The notes beneath the pieces are model-generated. The model was not told the DNA's origin and made no database searches. It worked only from the letters and a program-made list of their open reading frames with translations. Position numbers and translations under genes: made by a program. From an uncultured Methanosarcinales archaeon (GTDB lineage Archaea > Nanobdellota > Nanobdellia > Woesearchaeales > BS150m-G63), in assembly GCA_964630685.1 (NCBI GenBank), contig CAZVVW010000010.1:1-37758 (forward strand): a stretch of 37,758 nucleotides of DNA, read 5' to 3'. Below are positions 8,694 to 18,030 of this stretch, one piece after another; the first letter of the stretch is position 1; each line of letters begins with the position of its first letter.

Positions 8694-11600
8694 ATGAAAA
8701 AAAAGGTAGCTTTAATTATTTTATTTCTCTTATGTGCATTAGTATTTTTTAAAGGTGCTAGTGCTGTTAATTGTTGGGATTATGACAATAATGAATCTGG
8801 TTGTATAGCGGAAGCTGGATGTAACTGGGATACTTGGGGTCAAAACTGTCATCCGGTTGGATGTTGGGACTTCCAAGAGTCTGGTGCATGTACTGGGAAT
8901 GCCACTGCCCTAAACATGTCCTGTACTTGGCAAACCCAAACTTCTTTTGGAGAAGGAGATGATGGATGGTGTGAAGATTCTACTGCCTGTTGGAATAATA
9001 TGGATAATATTTCTTGTGAAAATTCTGCTGGATGTAGTTGGGATGGTTCTTCTTATTGTGCTGAAATAAATTGTTGGAATTATGGGAATCAATTAGATTG
9101 TGAAAATCATTCTGTAAGCGGATGTAGTTGGGATGGATGGAGTTGTATGGAGTCTGGCGGAGCTAGTACTTGTTGGGATAAAAATTCTGAATCAACTTGT
9201 TCTGGTGCTGATTGTAATTGGAATTCAAATTCTTATTGTCAAGAAGTAGGTTGTTGGGATTTTGATAATAATGAATCTGGATGTAATGCTGCTTCTGGTT
9301 GTGCATGGCAGGAAGACCAATGGGGTAGTTGGTGTATGGAGTCTGGCGGATGCTGGGGATATACAAGTAGTACTTCTTGTGGAAATGCAGGATGTCATTG
9401 GGAATCTGAAGAATTAGAATGTTTCCCATTAGATTGTTTTATGTTTGCAGGAGAAAATGCTAGTGTGTGTGAAAATAATACTTTGGGGTTGAGTTGTAGT
9501 TGGGAAGATAAATGTCATCCAATGGGTCCTGGCGGAGAAAGTTGTTGGGATTATAGTGATGAATCTAGTTGTGAAAATGCTGGCTGTGGTTGGGGAGAAT
9601 GTTTCCAACAAGGATGTTGGGATAATCATGACCAAAATACGTGTGAAGCAAATGATTGTAATTGGGATGGTTGGAATTGTATGGAGCAAGGTTGTTGGGG
9701 TGCAAATACTCAATCAGATTGTAATGCTTTAGGTAGTGAATGTAGTTGGACTTCTGATTCTGGATGGTGTGAAGAAGGAGGTTGTTGGAATTATAATGAT
9801 AATGTTACTTGTTTGGGTGCTAGCAGTTGTGCATGGCAGGAAGACCCATGGGGTGGATGGTGCTATGAAGAAGGCTGTTATGAACAAAATAATGAAGGAG
9901 ATTGTAATACTACTTCAGGTTGTGAATGGGACAGTAGTGGAAACACTTGTTTTGAACAAGGTTGTTGGGATTATAATGATGGTTCTTCCTGTGGTTCTGG
10001 AGAGGGTTGTGAATGGGTAACTTCAGGTCAATGTTATGAAGAAGGTTCTTGGAGTTTTGATAGTAAAAGTAGTTGTGAAGATGGAGGTTATACTTGGGGG
10101 GGTTCTGGATGGTGTGAAGATGAAGGTTGCTGGAACTATGGAACTAAATTAAATTGTGATAATGCTAGTCAGTGTCAATGGAATGATGAATGGAATCATT
10201 GTGAAGAAGTGGGATGTGAAAGTTTCAATACAGAATCAACATGTGATCAATATAATGTCTCTCTTGGATGTTATTGGGATGGTTGGAATTGTATGAAAAC
10301 TGGATGTTGGAATTATTGGGAAAATTCTAGTGTTTGTGGAAGTCATTCTGGTGAAGGATGTTCTTGGACATCTCAAGGACAATGTTTAACAAAAGATTGT
10401 TGGAATTACCAAAATAATAATACTTGTTCAGCAGATAGTAATTGTAATTGGGATACTCGGTGTGAAGGAGATTATATGTATGAATGTTGGCAATATGATG
10501 ATAATTCAACTGGATGTTTAGCTCAAGGTGCTAATTGTAATTGGCAAGGTGGTTGTGAAGAAAAAGGATGTTGGAGTTATGAAACAGATAGTCAATGTTG
10601 TGGTAGTGCAGGATGTAGTTCAGGAAATGATTGTGCTTGGGAATCTGAAGGGCAATGTAAAGAAGTAGGTTGTTGGGATTATTATGTTAATACAACTTGT
10701 TTGAATGTTAGTGGATGTACATGGGATGAGAATGATAATTATTGTTATGAACAAGGTTGTGGTAGTTATACCAATGCTTCTGCTTGTACCCAACAAAATT
10801 ATCTAGGGTGTTTCTGGGATGAACAAGAGAATAATTGTTATGAACAAGGTTGTTGGGAATATACCATTGAAGCTCAGTGTGATTCAAATAATGCAAGTGC
10901 TTGTGCATGGAATGATAATGGAAATTACTGTTATGAAGAAGGCTGTTGGAGTTATGATGGTGTGAGTGATTGTAATGCTCAGAGTGGTTGTGAATGGGAA
11001 GATGAAGGATGGTGTTATGATTTAGGTTGTTGGGATTATAATGAGCAATCTACATGTATAAACAATTCAGTTTGTGCATGGGACACAACATGGAATAATT
11101 GTTATGAAAAAGGATGTTGGGATTTTAGTTCTGAATCTGATTGTAATTCTAGTTCAAAATGTTCATGGGATGGGCAAAATTGTTTTGAAAAAGGATGTTG
11201 GAATTATGGAGATAATATAAGTGAAACAGGTTGTGAATCTGATGATAATTGTTTTTGGGATGCTAATGGTGGATGGTGTAGTGAAGGTGGATGCTGGGAT
11301 TATGCATCTTCTGAAACATGTATTGGTGATGCTAGTGGTTATGGTAATTGTGCATGGGATTCTCATTGGAATAACTGTTATGAAGAAGGCTGTTGGGCTT
11401 ATGGAGATAATGATACTGCATGTGGAAATAATGCTAATTGTAATTGGAACTCTGGTGATGGAGGATGGTGTTTTGAAGAAGGTTGTTGGGAAATTATGGA
11501 TAGCACAAGTTGTTTAGCTGGTGATGGGTGTAATTGGGATAGCTTATTTAATTATTGTTATGAAGAAGGATGTTATAGTTTTGATGATAATTCAACTGCT

Positions 11601-14600
11601 TGTGATGGTGCTAGTGGATGTAGTTGGCATAATATGAGTCAAGATTCATGGGGCTGGTGTGAAGAAGTGAATTGTTGGAGTTTTTATGATAACGAATTTG
11701 GATGTACAAATGTTAGTGATAGTTTAGATTGTGTATGGGATAATCCTTATTGTGAAGAAGTTGCTTGTTGGGCATTTGATGGTGATGAATATAATTGTAC
11801 AAATGTTACGGGAGTTGCTAATGGTAATTATAATTTAAGTTGTAATTATGAAAATGGATGGTGTAATCCAGATGTTGGAGATTGTGCACAGTATAATAAT
11901 AATGAAAAAGGATGTATGGATACTTTCTATTGTTGGTATGATTGGTTAACAGGTAATTGCAATACACCAGGAGATTTTATTGAAGGGGAAATGGGCTTTG
12001 CTGAAGAGATGAAAGATTTTAATCCTGGATGTTGGTTATTTGATGGTCAAAAAGGTTCATGTAATAGTACAGACCTTTGTGTTTTCTGTGAAGAAGGCGA
12101 AGGACAGTTTGGTGTTGATAATCTTAGCAGTGTTTGTTATAATGAAGATGCAAACATGTGTGAAGATATGAATGTAACCCAAGGAATGAATAGACCATTA
12201 CAGTGTGAAAACATAACTGATAAAGATTTATGTAGTGGGATGGTTACTTTGAGTAATTGTTGTAATTGGAGGGGTGAAGAATGTACCACTGATTACACAG
12301 ATAAATCTTGTTATGATAATATGCAAGAACCTCCAGAAGGAGCAATGTTCTGTGAAGATTGGAAATCTTATACTAGTGAGAAATTATGTAACCAAATAAC
12401 TGGAAGTCCTTGGTTCATGCCTTGTAGTTGGGATGGAAATTATTGTACTTTTAAATTTGATGATGTTGTTGGAGAAGGAGGAGATATTTTTGATGTAAAA
12501 ACAGAGAAATTATGTGAACAAGCAAATGGGGATTGGAATTGTGAGAATTATTGTGATGATATGGGCACTCCAAGTAATTTGGCTGATGACGTTTTAAAGG
12601 GCGAGTGTTGGTGTGAATTAGGAACTGGCATAGGTAATTGTAAGAAATCTTGCTGGGCATGTGAATATCAAAATGATGGAAGTGATTGGAGTAGTTCAGA
12701 GCTTGCTCAAGAAGCATGTGAAGGTTCTAGTGCTGGTTGTGAATATGAATTAAGTGCTTCTGCACAAAATGGATTTGGATATTGTGATTTTAGTTCAACT
12801 ATGGAACAAACAGGTGGATGTGATAGTAGTTGTTCTGCTTGTAATGATGTTGTTGACAATGAACAAACTTCTGAACCTGAAACTCAGATTGCTTGTGTAG
12901 AAAGTGAAGCTAATTGTAAATGGGCTAAAGATTTATCAGATTCTAGTGAGGGGAAATGTATTAAAAAGAAAGACAAAACCTGTACTGAAAGCTGTTTTAA
13001 ATGTACTGAAGATGAATGTGCAAGTTATGGTTTAGGTAGTGGGGGAAGTTGTGAATGGGATTTAACAGATGAATATTGTGCACCAGCTAGCTTTGACGAA
13101 GAGTTATGTTTTAATGGTAGGGATGACGATAATGATAATAAAGTAGATTGTGATGATAGTGATTGTTTCTTTTCTCCAGATTGTGAAGAAGGTGAAATGA
13201 TGCAGGACTGTTGGCAATTTGATTACGATTCAGCTGTTTGTGATTCTAATTTAGATTCTAATGGTGTGAACTGCACATGGATAACAGATCCTTGGGGAAG
13301 TGGAGGATGGTGTGGACATCCATCTGAAATATGTTGGCAATTCGATGAAAGTGAATCTAATTGTAATAATCAAGATGGTGCATGTAAATTTACTTCTGGT
13401 GCAGGATTTTGTGATATAAATAAAACTAAAGCAGATTCTTGTAAAGGAAAAAGTCAAGGTGGATGCACTGGAGATTGTGAGTGGATTGAAGATATAAATA
13501 ATCCTCAAGGGGGATTTTGTGAATTTAAAATGTTTGCAATTTGCCATGATTCAGATATTACAAGTCAATCTACTTGTGAGAATCAGAATAATGTACAATA
13601 TTGTAGTTGGATGAATGATCCTTATGCAGATAATGGTGGATGGTGTGAACCTAAGTGTTTTAATTTAAATAATAATTCATGTGTTACAAATGCTAAGTGT
13701 GAGTGGAGTTCAGGATGGTGTGAACCAAATGTAACCATGAGTGCAGATTGTTATGAATTTGATAATACGGATAAATTTACTTGTGAAACTAGTCCATCTT
13801 GTATGTGGAATGCACCTAAATTTGGTGGAGAATGTGAGCCTGATGAAAGTGGATTATTCAATTGTTGGGATAGTTACTGGAAGGAACCTCATTGTAATGA
13901 TGATAAAAATTGTATTTGGATGCAAGATAAATTTGGGGGAGATCAAGGAGGTCATTGTGAAAATAAGGCATTTGCTTGTTGGATGAATGATTTTAATGAA
14001 TCAGCATGTAATGCAGCGAATGCTTCTGGGTGTGTTTATAATAATGGATTTTGTGACCACTTTTGTTTTACTTTGGATTCCGGAAGTTGTTCAAGTAATG
14101 CAAATTGTACTATTATGACTGGATGGTGTAATCCAAAAGGGGCTGCAATGATGTTTGAGACAATGGATGCTCCACCTGTAGATATTGGGATGGATGCTTG
14201 TCCCGAAGTTGGAAAGACAAACCTTACAGATATCTGTGGAATGGGTGTAAAAGATGACTTTGAGATGTTAGGTCTTGGATTAGGGATTGTTAGTATGAGT
14301 AAATCTGCAACCTGTAATGGGGAATATATTATAGACCATATGACTGGTGAATCTGAACAAGGAAGTGGAACAATACCTATGAAGGTTGAGTTTTATCTTG
14401 ATAGTAATGGGAAATCTACTGGCGGATGTAGCGCAAGTAATAATGTAGAAACAGGATTTGAATTTAAACTTGTGCTGGAATCAACTTCTAGTGATAAAGA
14501 GAGTGTTGAGAAATATAAATGTGTAAGTGGAAGTTGGGAAAACAGCAATATTAAGGCAGCTACAATGGCAAATGTGATGTGTGCAGAAGCTGGTGGACCT

Positions 14601-16283
14601 GTTGTGATGATAAATAAACAAACTTTATCAGAGACTGGTAAGTTTGATTTGAGTTATGATTTGAGGCTGTATGCACTAACATTGAATTTCAGTACAGGCG
14701 ATGCATTAGACAGTGTTTCTGGAATTTATACTCCTGGTGCTGTTGATTTTATGAAAGAGAATTGTATGGGCTTTGAAGATACTGATGGAGACGGACTTCC
14801 ACCAGATATGGATCCGGATTGTAAATTTATTAAACAATTTGGAGGAAACATGCTTGAAGATTGTTTCAATGGTGTAGATGATAATATGGATGGATTAGTT
14901 GATTGTGATGATTTTGGATGTAAGTTTATGCCTCAGTGTGGAGGAGAATTGTTTGATTTTACTGCTGATGTTGATGATACAACCATGGCTTCAATTACAA
15001 ATTATGAAATTGATGCATTTGTAGATGCTGCATTTTTGAGATATGATACAAATGAACCTGCAAATGGAACTTTATTGTTCTATGGTAAAGATAGTGCTTG
15101 TAGTGAAGTTAATACCACAATTTATGATATAGGGGTTACTAGTAGTAGTGTTCCTGAATATAAGATGTGGCACGATGGACCAATTGATTATCAGAGTTTA
15201 GGATATGATTTAGAAAATGGAACTGCTTATTACTTTAAGTTGAGAGTGTGTGATAAAGCAGGAAACCCATGTGCTATAAGTGCATGTCTTGACTTTACAA
15301 CTGAAGCAAGTATGACTGATTGTGGAGTGAAATGTGAACCTGTATTTGATGTTAATTATGATGCCCCTAGTGGAGATGCTAATTTAGAAGATACAGAGAT
15401 TCAGTGGAACTTTGGAAGCGGATATGAAGCTAAAGGGTGTGGTGGAGCAGCTATCAAAAAGCCATATAATGAAACAAGTAACATAAGTGTAAAGATAAGT
15501 AATGATGATGCAGATGATCCTTGGAGTTTTTCTTTTGGAGGAATGGATATTAAGGGTGCTGTAGATATTAATAAAACAAGCATAGCTGAAGATGAACTAT
15601 TTGCAGATTCTACTGCAGAAGGGATTAAGTATGTAGGAATGGAGCACGATAAATGGATGGATATTAAAGGCGAAATGGCTCCAGAATTTATTGAACTTTG
15701 TGTACCTGGAAATGTAGAAACTTTATACCATTGTGAGGATGAAAGTGCAGTAAGTGTTGCAGATTGTACTGATGTTAGTGATTATGTGATATCAGGACCT
15801 ACATATAATAGCATTTTGGATTGTACAATGTTTAAGGTTCCATCTGATCTTGGATTCTCTGTTTACTTTGGTGAAGCTGAAGAAGATGAAGGTGGAGATG
15901 CCGGTGGAGATGCCGGTGGAGCTGGTGGTGCTGGTGGTGCTGGTGGTGCTGGTGGTGCAGTTTCTTCAACTGAGGAAGAAACAACAGAAGATGAAGTTGA
16001 CGAAGCTGACGAAGCTAACGAAGCTGACGAAGCTGAGGAAGAAACAACAGAAGATGAAGCGGATGAAGTTGACGAAGAAACAACAGAAGATGAAGAGATG
16101 GCTGTTTGTGGAGACGACGTATGTGAAGGTGATGAGACAACTGACAACTGCCCAGAAGATTGTGCAAGTGATTGGGCTAGATTTGCAATAAAAGGTTCTG
16201 GAAACATGTGGTTAGGAATTGGATTTATAGCAATGATTACTTTAGTTGCAGTGTTTATTATATTAAGAAAAAAGAGAGAATAA
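8694..16283 (+). CDS. Giant (2529 aa) secreted Cys/Trp-rich repeat surface protein with C-terminal TM anchor
   Basis: Signal peptide; dozens of C-x-E-x-GC-W-x-Y...C...C-x-W repeats; two CFNGxDDxxDxxVDCDDxxC motifs; G/A and E/D linker; CGDDVCEGDETTDNCPEDC; TM helix followed by RKKRE. Confidence 0.85.
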   Translation: MKKKVALIILFLLCALVFFKGASAVNCWDYDNNESGCIAEAGCNWDTWGQNCHPVGCWDFQESGACTGNATALNMSCTWQTQTSFGEGDDGWCEDSTACWNNMDNISCENSAGCSWDGSSYCAEINCWNYGNQLDCENHSVSGCSWDGWSCMESGGASTCWDKNSESTCSGADCNWNSNSYCQEVGCWDFDNNESGCNAASGCAWQEDQWGSWCMESGGCWGYTSSTSCGNAGCHWESEELECFPLDCFMFAGENASVCENNTLGLSCSWEDKCHPMGPGGESCWDYSDESSCENAGCGWGECFQQGCWDNHDQNTCEANDCNWDGWNCMEQGCWGANTQSDCNALGSECSWTSDSGWCEEGGCWNYNDNVTCLGASSCAWQEDPWGGWCYEEGCYEQNNEGDCNTTSGCEWDSSGNTCFEQGCWDYNDGSSCGSGEGCEWVTSGQCYEEGSWSFDSKSSCEDGGYTWGGSGWCEDEGCWNYGTKLNCDNASQCQWNDEWNHCEEVGCESFNTESTCDQYNVSLGCYWDGWNCMKTGCWNYWENSSVCGSHSGEGCSWTSQGQCLTKDCWNYQNNNTCSADSNCNWDTRCEGDYMYECWQYDDNSTGCLAQGANCNWQGGCEEKGCWSYETDSQCCGSAGCSSGNDCAWESEGQCKEVGCWDYYVNTTCLNVSGCTWDENDNYCYEQGCGSYTNASACTQQNYLGCFWDEQENNCYEQGCWEYTIEAQCDSNNASACAWNDNGNYCYEEGCWSYDGVSDCNAQSGCEWEDEGWCYDLGCWDYNEQSTCINNSVCAWDTTWNNCYEKGCWDFSSESDCNSSSKCSWDGQNCFEKGCWNYGDNISETGCESDDNCFWDANGGWCSEGGCWDYASSETCIGDASGYGNCAWDSHWNNCYEEGCWAYGDNDTACGNNANCNWNSGDGGWCFEEGCWEIMDSTSCLAGDGCNWDSLFNYCYEEGCYSFDDNSTACDGASGCSWHNMSQDSWGWCEEVNCWSFYDNEFGCTNVSDSLDCVWDNPYCEEVACWAFDGDEYNCTNVTGVANGNYNLSCNYENGWCNPDVGDCAQYNNNEKGCMDTFYCWYDWLTGNCNTPGDFIEGEMGFAEEMKDFNPGCWLFDGQKGSCNSTDLCVFCEEGEGQFGVDNLSSVCYNEDANMCEDMNVTQGMNRPLQCENITDKDLCSGMVTLSNCCNWRGEECTTDYTDKSCYDNMQEPPEGAMFCEDWKSYTSEKLCNQITGSPWFMPCSWDGNYCTFKFDDVVGEGGDIFDVKTEKLCEQANGDWNCENYCDDMGTPSNLADDVLKGECWCELGTGIGNCKKSCWACEYQNDGSDWSSSELAQEACEGSSAGCEYELSASAQNGFGYCDFSSTMEQTGGCDSSCSACNDVVDNEQTSEPETQIACVESEANCKWAKDLSDSSEGKCIKKKDKTCTESCFKCTEDECASYGLGSGGSCEWDLTDEYCAPASFDEELCFNGRDDDNDNKVDCDDSDCFFSPDCEEGEMMQDCWQFDYDSAVCDSNLDSNGVNCTWITDPWGSGGWCGHPSEICWQFDESESNCNNQDGACKFTSGAGFCDINKTKADSCKGKSQGGCTGDCEWIEDINNPQGGFCEFKMFAICHDSDITSQSTCENQNNVQYCSWMNDPYADNGGWCEPKCFNLNNNSCVTNAKCEWSSGWCEPNVTMSADCYEFDNTDKFTCETSPSCMWNAPKFGGECEPDESGLFNCWDSYWKEPHCNDDKNCIWMQDKFGGDQGGHCENKAFACWMNDFNESACNAANASGCVYNNGFCDHFCFTLDSGSCSSNANCTIMTGWCNPKGAAMMFETMDAPPVDIGMDACPEVGKTNLTDICGMGVKDDFEMLGLGLGIVSMSKSATCNGEYIIDHMTGESEQGSGTIPMKVEFYLDSNGKSTGGCSASNNVETGFEFKLVLESTSSDKESVEKYKCVSGSWENSNIKAATMANVMCAEAGGPVVMINKQTLSETGKFDLSYDLRLYALTLNFSTGDALDSVSGIYTPGAVDFMKENCMGFEDTDGDGLPPDMDPDCKFIKQFGGNMLEDCFNGVDDNMDGLVDCDDFGCKFMPQCGGELFDFTADVDDTTMASITNYEIDAFVDAAFLRYDTNEPANGTLLFYGKDSACSEVNTTIYDIGVTSSSVPEYKMWHDGPIDYQSLGYDLENGTAYYFKLRVCDKAGNPCAISACLDFTTEASMTDCGVKCEPVFDVNYDAPSGDANLEDTEIQWNFGSGYEAKGCGGAAIKKPYNETSNISVKISNDDADDPWSFSFGGMDIKGAVDINKTSIAEDELFADSTAEGIKYVGMEHDKWMDIKGEMAPEFIELCVPGNVETLYHCEDESAVSVADCTDVSDYVISGPTYNSILDCTMFKVPSDLGFSVYFGEAEEDEGGDAGGDAGGAGGAGGAGGAGGAVSSTEEETTEDEVDEADEANEADEAEEETTEDEADEVDEETTEDEEMAVCGDDVCEGDETTDNCPEDCASDWARFAIKGSGNMWLGIGFIAMITLVAVFIILRKKRE
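15891..16096 (+). repeat. Coding micro-repeats forming the Gly/Ala and acidic linker of the giant protein
   Basis: GGTGGAGATGCC x2, GGTGGTGCT tandem copies, GACGAAGCT tandem copies, and GAAGAAACAACAGAAGATGAAG x3. Confidence 0.8.
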
Positions 16284-16323
16284 TTCTCTTTTTATTTTTT
16301 CTTTTATTTTTATTTTTTAAGAA

Positions 16324-16776
16324 TTATTTAGTTATTTTTATTGGTGCTGCTATAATTTTAGAACCAATTTTAATTTCTTCTATGATGTGTTTTAATTCTG
16401 TTATATAACGGTAGAAAGAGGCTTTTGAGCAGTAATTGTCTCTGTCAACCACTATGTCCTTAATTTCTGGAATTGAGTATCTCTCTGTTTGAACTAGTTC
16501 CAGAATTCTTGCTTTGATGATTTCTTTTCTGTTACGCTTTATTTTTGTGAGCATGTCAGATTTTAGGTTGTCTTTATTTTGGTTTAATGATAAAGAAGTG
16601 ATTGTTTGTTGGAGAGATTTGATGGTTTCTTGGAGCTCTTTGTTTTGATCTAATAATTCTTGTATCTTTTTGTTGTTAGAATTGGTTTCTGTTTTAATGT
16701 TATTTATATCTGATCTGATATTTGTGAAACTATTTTTGAGACCTTGCTTTAGTTGCTCTATATTGTTTTCCCCCAT
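16324..16776 (-). CDS. Uncharacterised coiled-coil plus winged-HTH DNA-binding protein next to the candidate origin
   Basis: N-terminal heptad-rich helix; C-terminal ILELV...SIPEIKDIVV...CSKASFYRYITEL resembles an HTH recognition helix followed by a beta wing. Confidence 0.65.
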   Translation of the reverse strand: MGENNIEQLKQGLKNSFTNIRSDINNIKTETNSNNKKIQELLDQNKELQETIKSLQQTITSLSLNQNKDNLKSDMLTKIKRNRKEIIKARILELVQTERYSIPEIKDIVVDRDNYCSKASFYRYITELKHIIEEIKIGSKIIAAPIKITK

Positions 16777-16813
16777 AGTTTTATTTGTTGAGTAGATATC
16801 ATTTAAATAATTT

Positions 16814-16960
16814 TCTGTCTCAGTGAGACAGATTAAACAATTTAGTGAGACAGTTATGAGACGCCCCCTTATTTCTTATGGAGATTCTACGAGGACACCC
16901 CTTTGTTTCCGATGGAACTTTTGAGACAAAAATAAGACTTTTTTGAGTTATTTGTGAGAC
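16814..16960. repeat. TGAGAC motif array with 11-bp phasing plus a 19-bp palindrome
   Basis: TCTGTCTCA-G-TGAGACAGA 16814-16832; TGAGAC at 16824, 16846, 16857, 16922 and 16955; variants TAAGAC at 16933 and TGAGTT at 16944. Confidence 0.85.
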
Positions 16961-17058
16961 TTTCTCGTCGATAAAATGGGTTGTGTATAGTCGAGAAAAG
17001 AAGGTTGTTTAAGAGAAGTTTTTGAGGTGTTTTTGAGTACCTATATTTCCTATGGAAG
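16864..17058 (-). other. Candidate replication origin (oriC) with three ORB-like elements
   Basis: Minus strand: CTCCATAAGAAATAAGGGGG (16864-16883), GTTCCATCGGAAACAAAGGGG (16898-16918), CTTCCATAGGAAATATAGGT (17039-17058); these match the archaeal ORB pattern TTCCAnnGGAAA followed by a G-string. Confidence 0.75.
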
Positions 17059-17059
17059 G

Positions 17060-17929
17060 CTATTTCTCGACTATTATGGAGGCATAACCAACTGAATTAT
17101 TATAATCATTTGTGATATCTCCAGAGGTATAATAGTTCAAGAGTTTTGCTTTATTTGCGCCAAGTAGCCTACATGTTTCAAGCATTGTGGCTATAGGTAA
17201 TTTGCCACAAATGGTTGCTTTTTTTTCATTAATGTAATCTAGGAAACCATAAGAATCTATTTTAAGTATGTGAACTATTGCGTCTTTGTCTAGTTTGTGA
17301 ATGTTTTCTTTTTTGTTTTCTGTAAATGGAAGGTAACCATAACTTATTCCATAATGAGTGAAATCACTCGATGCTATTATACATATTTTTTTACTTGATT
17401 GTTTGATTGTTTTTGCGATTGCTTTTGAGACTTTTACGTAATCTTGATCGTGAGATATTATGAGTGCGCCGAATTTTAGATTTTCCAGTCTGTCTTGATT
17501 AATGAATTGAAGAAAAGGGATTTGGACTTCTATGGAATGTTCGTTCATGTGAGGTACATCATCGATAGGAATGCCGGTGTTTTTTGATAATTGGGTGCTG
17601 AACTCTTTGTGATTTTTTATGATGCCCAAGGGTGTTTCCCAGTTTTCTTGGGAGATTGAGCTATTGAATCCTGCATGACTTAACCCAATGAAAAGATAGA
17701 GTTCTGTTGGTTCTGATTCTGCAATCGCTTTATAGCTGTGAGCTTGACAAGGGCCAGAAAACATGTATCCTGCGTGAGGGCATATTACTCCAATTATGTT
17801 TTTTGATTTATTGTTTTGTTCTGGTAATCCTGGTCCTTTTTCATGTAGAAAACATTCTTCTATTTGTTGGATAAGTTTTTCTTTATTTAATTCATAGAAT
17901 TGGCCAGAAACAATAGCAGTTCTTGTCAT
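17060..17929 (-). CDS. amrB: MEMO1-family protein (AmmeMemoRadiSam system protein B)
   Basis: GQFY, PHAGYMFSG, EHSIEVQIPFLQ, SSDFTHYG, TICG, SVGYAS. Confidence 0.92.
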   Translation of the reverse strand: MTRTAIVSGQFYELNKEKLIQQIEECFLHEKGPGLPEQNNKSKNIIGVICPHAGYMFSGPCQAHSYKAIAESEPTELYLFIGLSHAGFNSSISQENWETPLGIIKNHKEFSTQLSKNTGIPIDDVPHMNEHSIEVQIPFLQFINQDRLENLKFGALIISHDQDYVKVSKAIAKTIKQSSKKICIIASSDFTHYGISYGYLPFTENKKENIHKLDKDAIVHILKIDSYGFLDYINEKKATICGKLPIATMLETCRLLGANKAKLLNYYTSGDITNDYNNSVGYASIIVEK

Positions 17930-18030
17930 AAGGGAGAGTAAGTATTAGAGATTTATATAATTTTTTGTTAAACATAAAAACCAAAAATTTATATATAATC
18001 TATACACTATAAAATTAAAGATGAGGTAAA

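Noticed and set aside
8694..14130. Repeats as a possible CRISPR array or DGR template/variable pair
   Set aside because: The repeats are degenerate, in frame and conserved at protein level; no constant repeat-spacer pattern, and no cas or reverse transcriptase gene in the window
8910..16207. Many short alternate-frame or antisense ORFs inside the giant gene, including a Ser/Pro-rich 114-aa ORF
   Set aside because: Shadows of the biased repeat codons, with no independent start signals or motifs
16987..17074. 12-bp inverted repeat ATAGTCGAGAAA / TTTCTCGACTAT
   Set aside because: One arm lies in the amrB coding end and the spacer is long; may be chance or a 3' UTR fold, so not called separately
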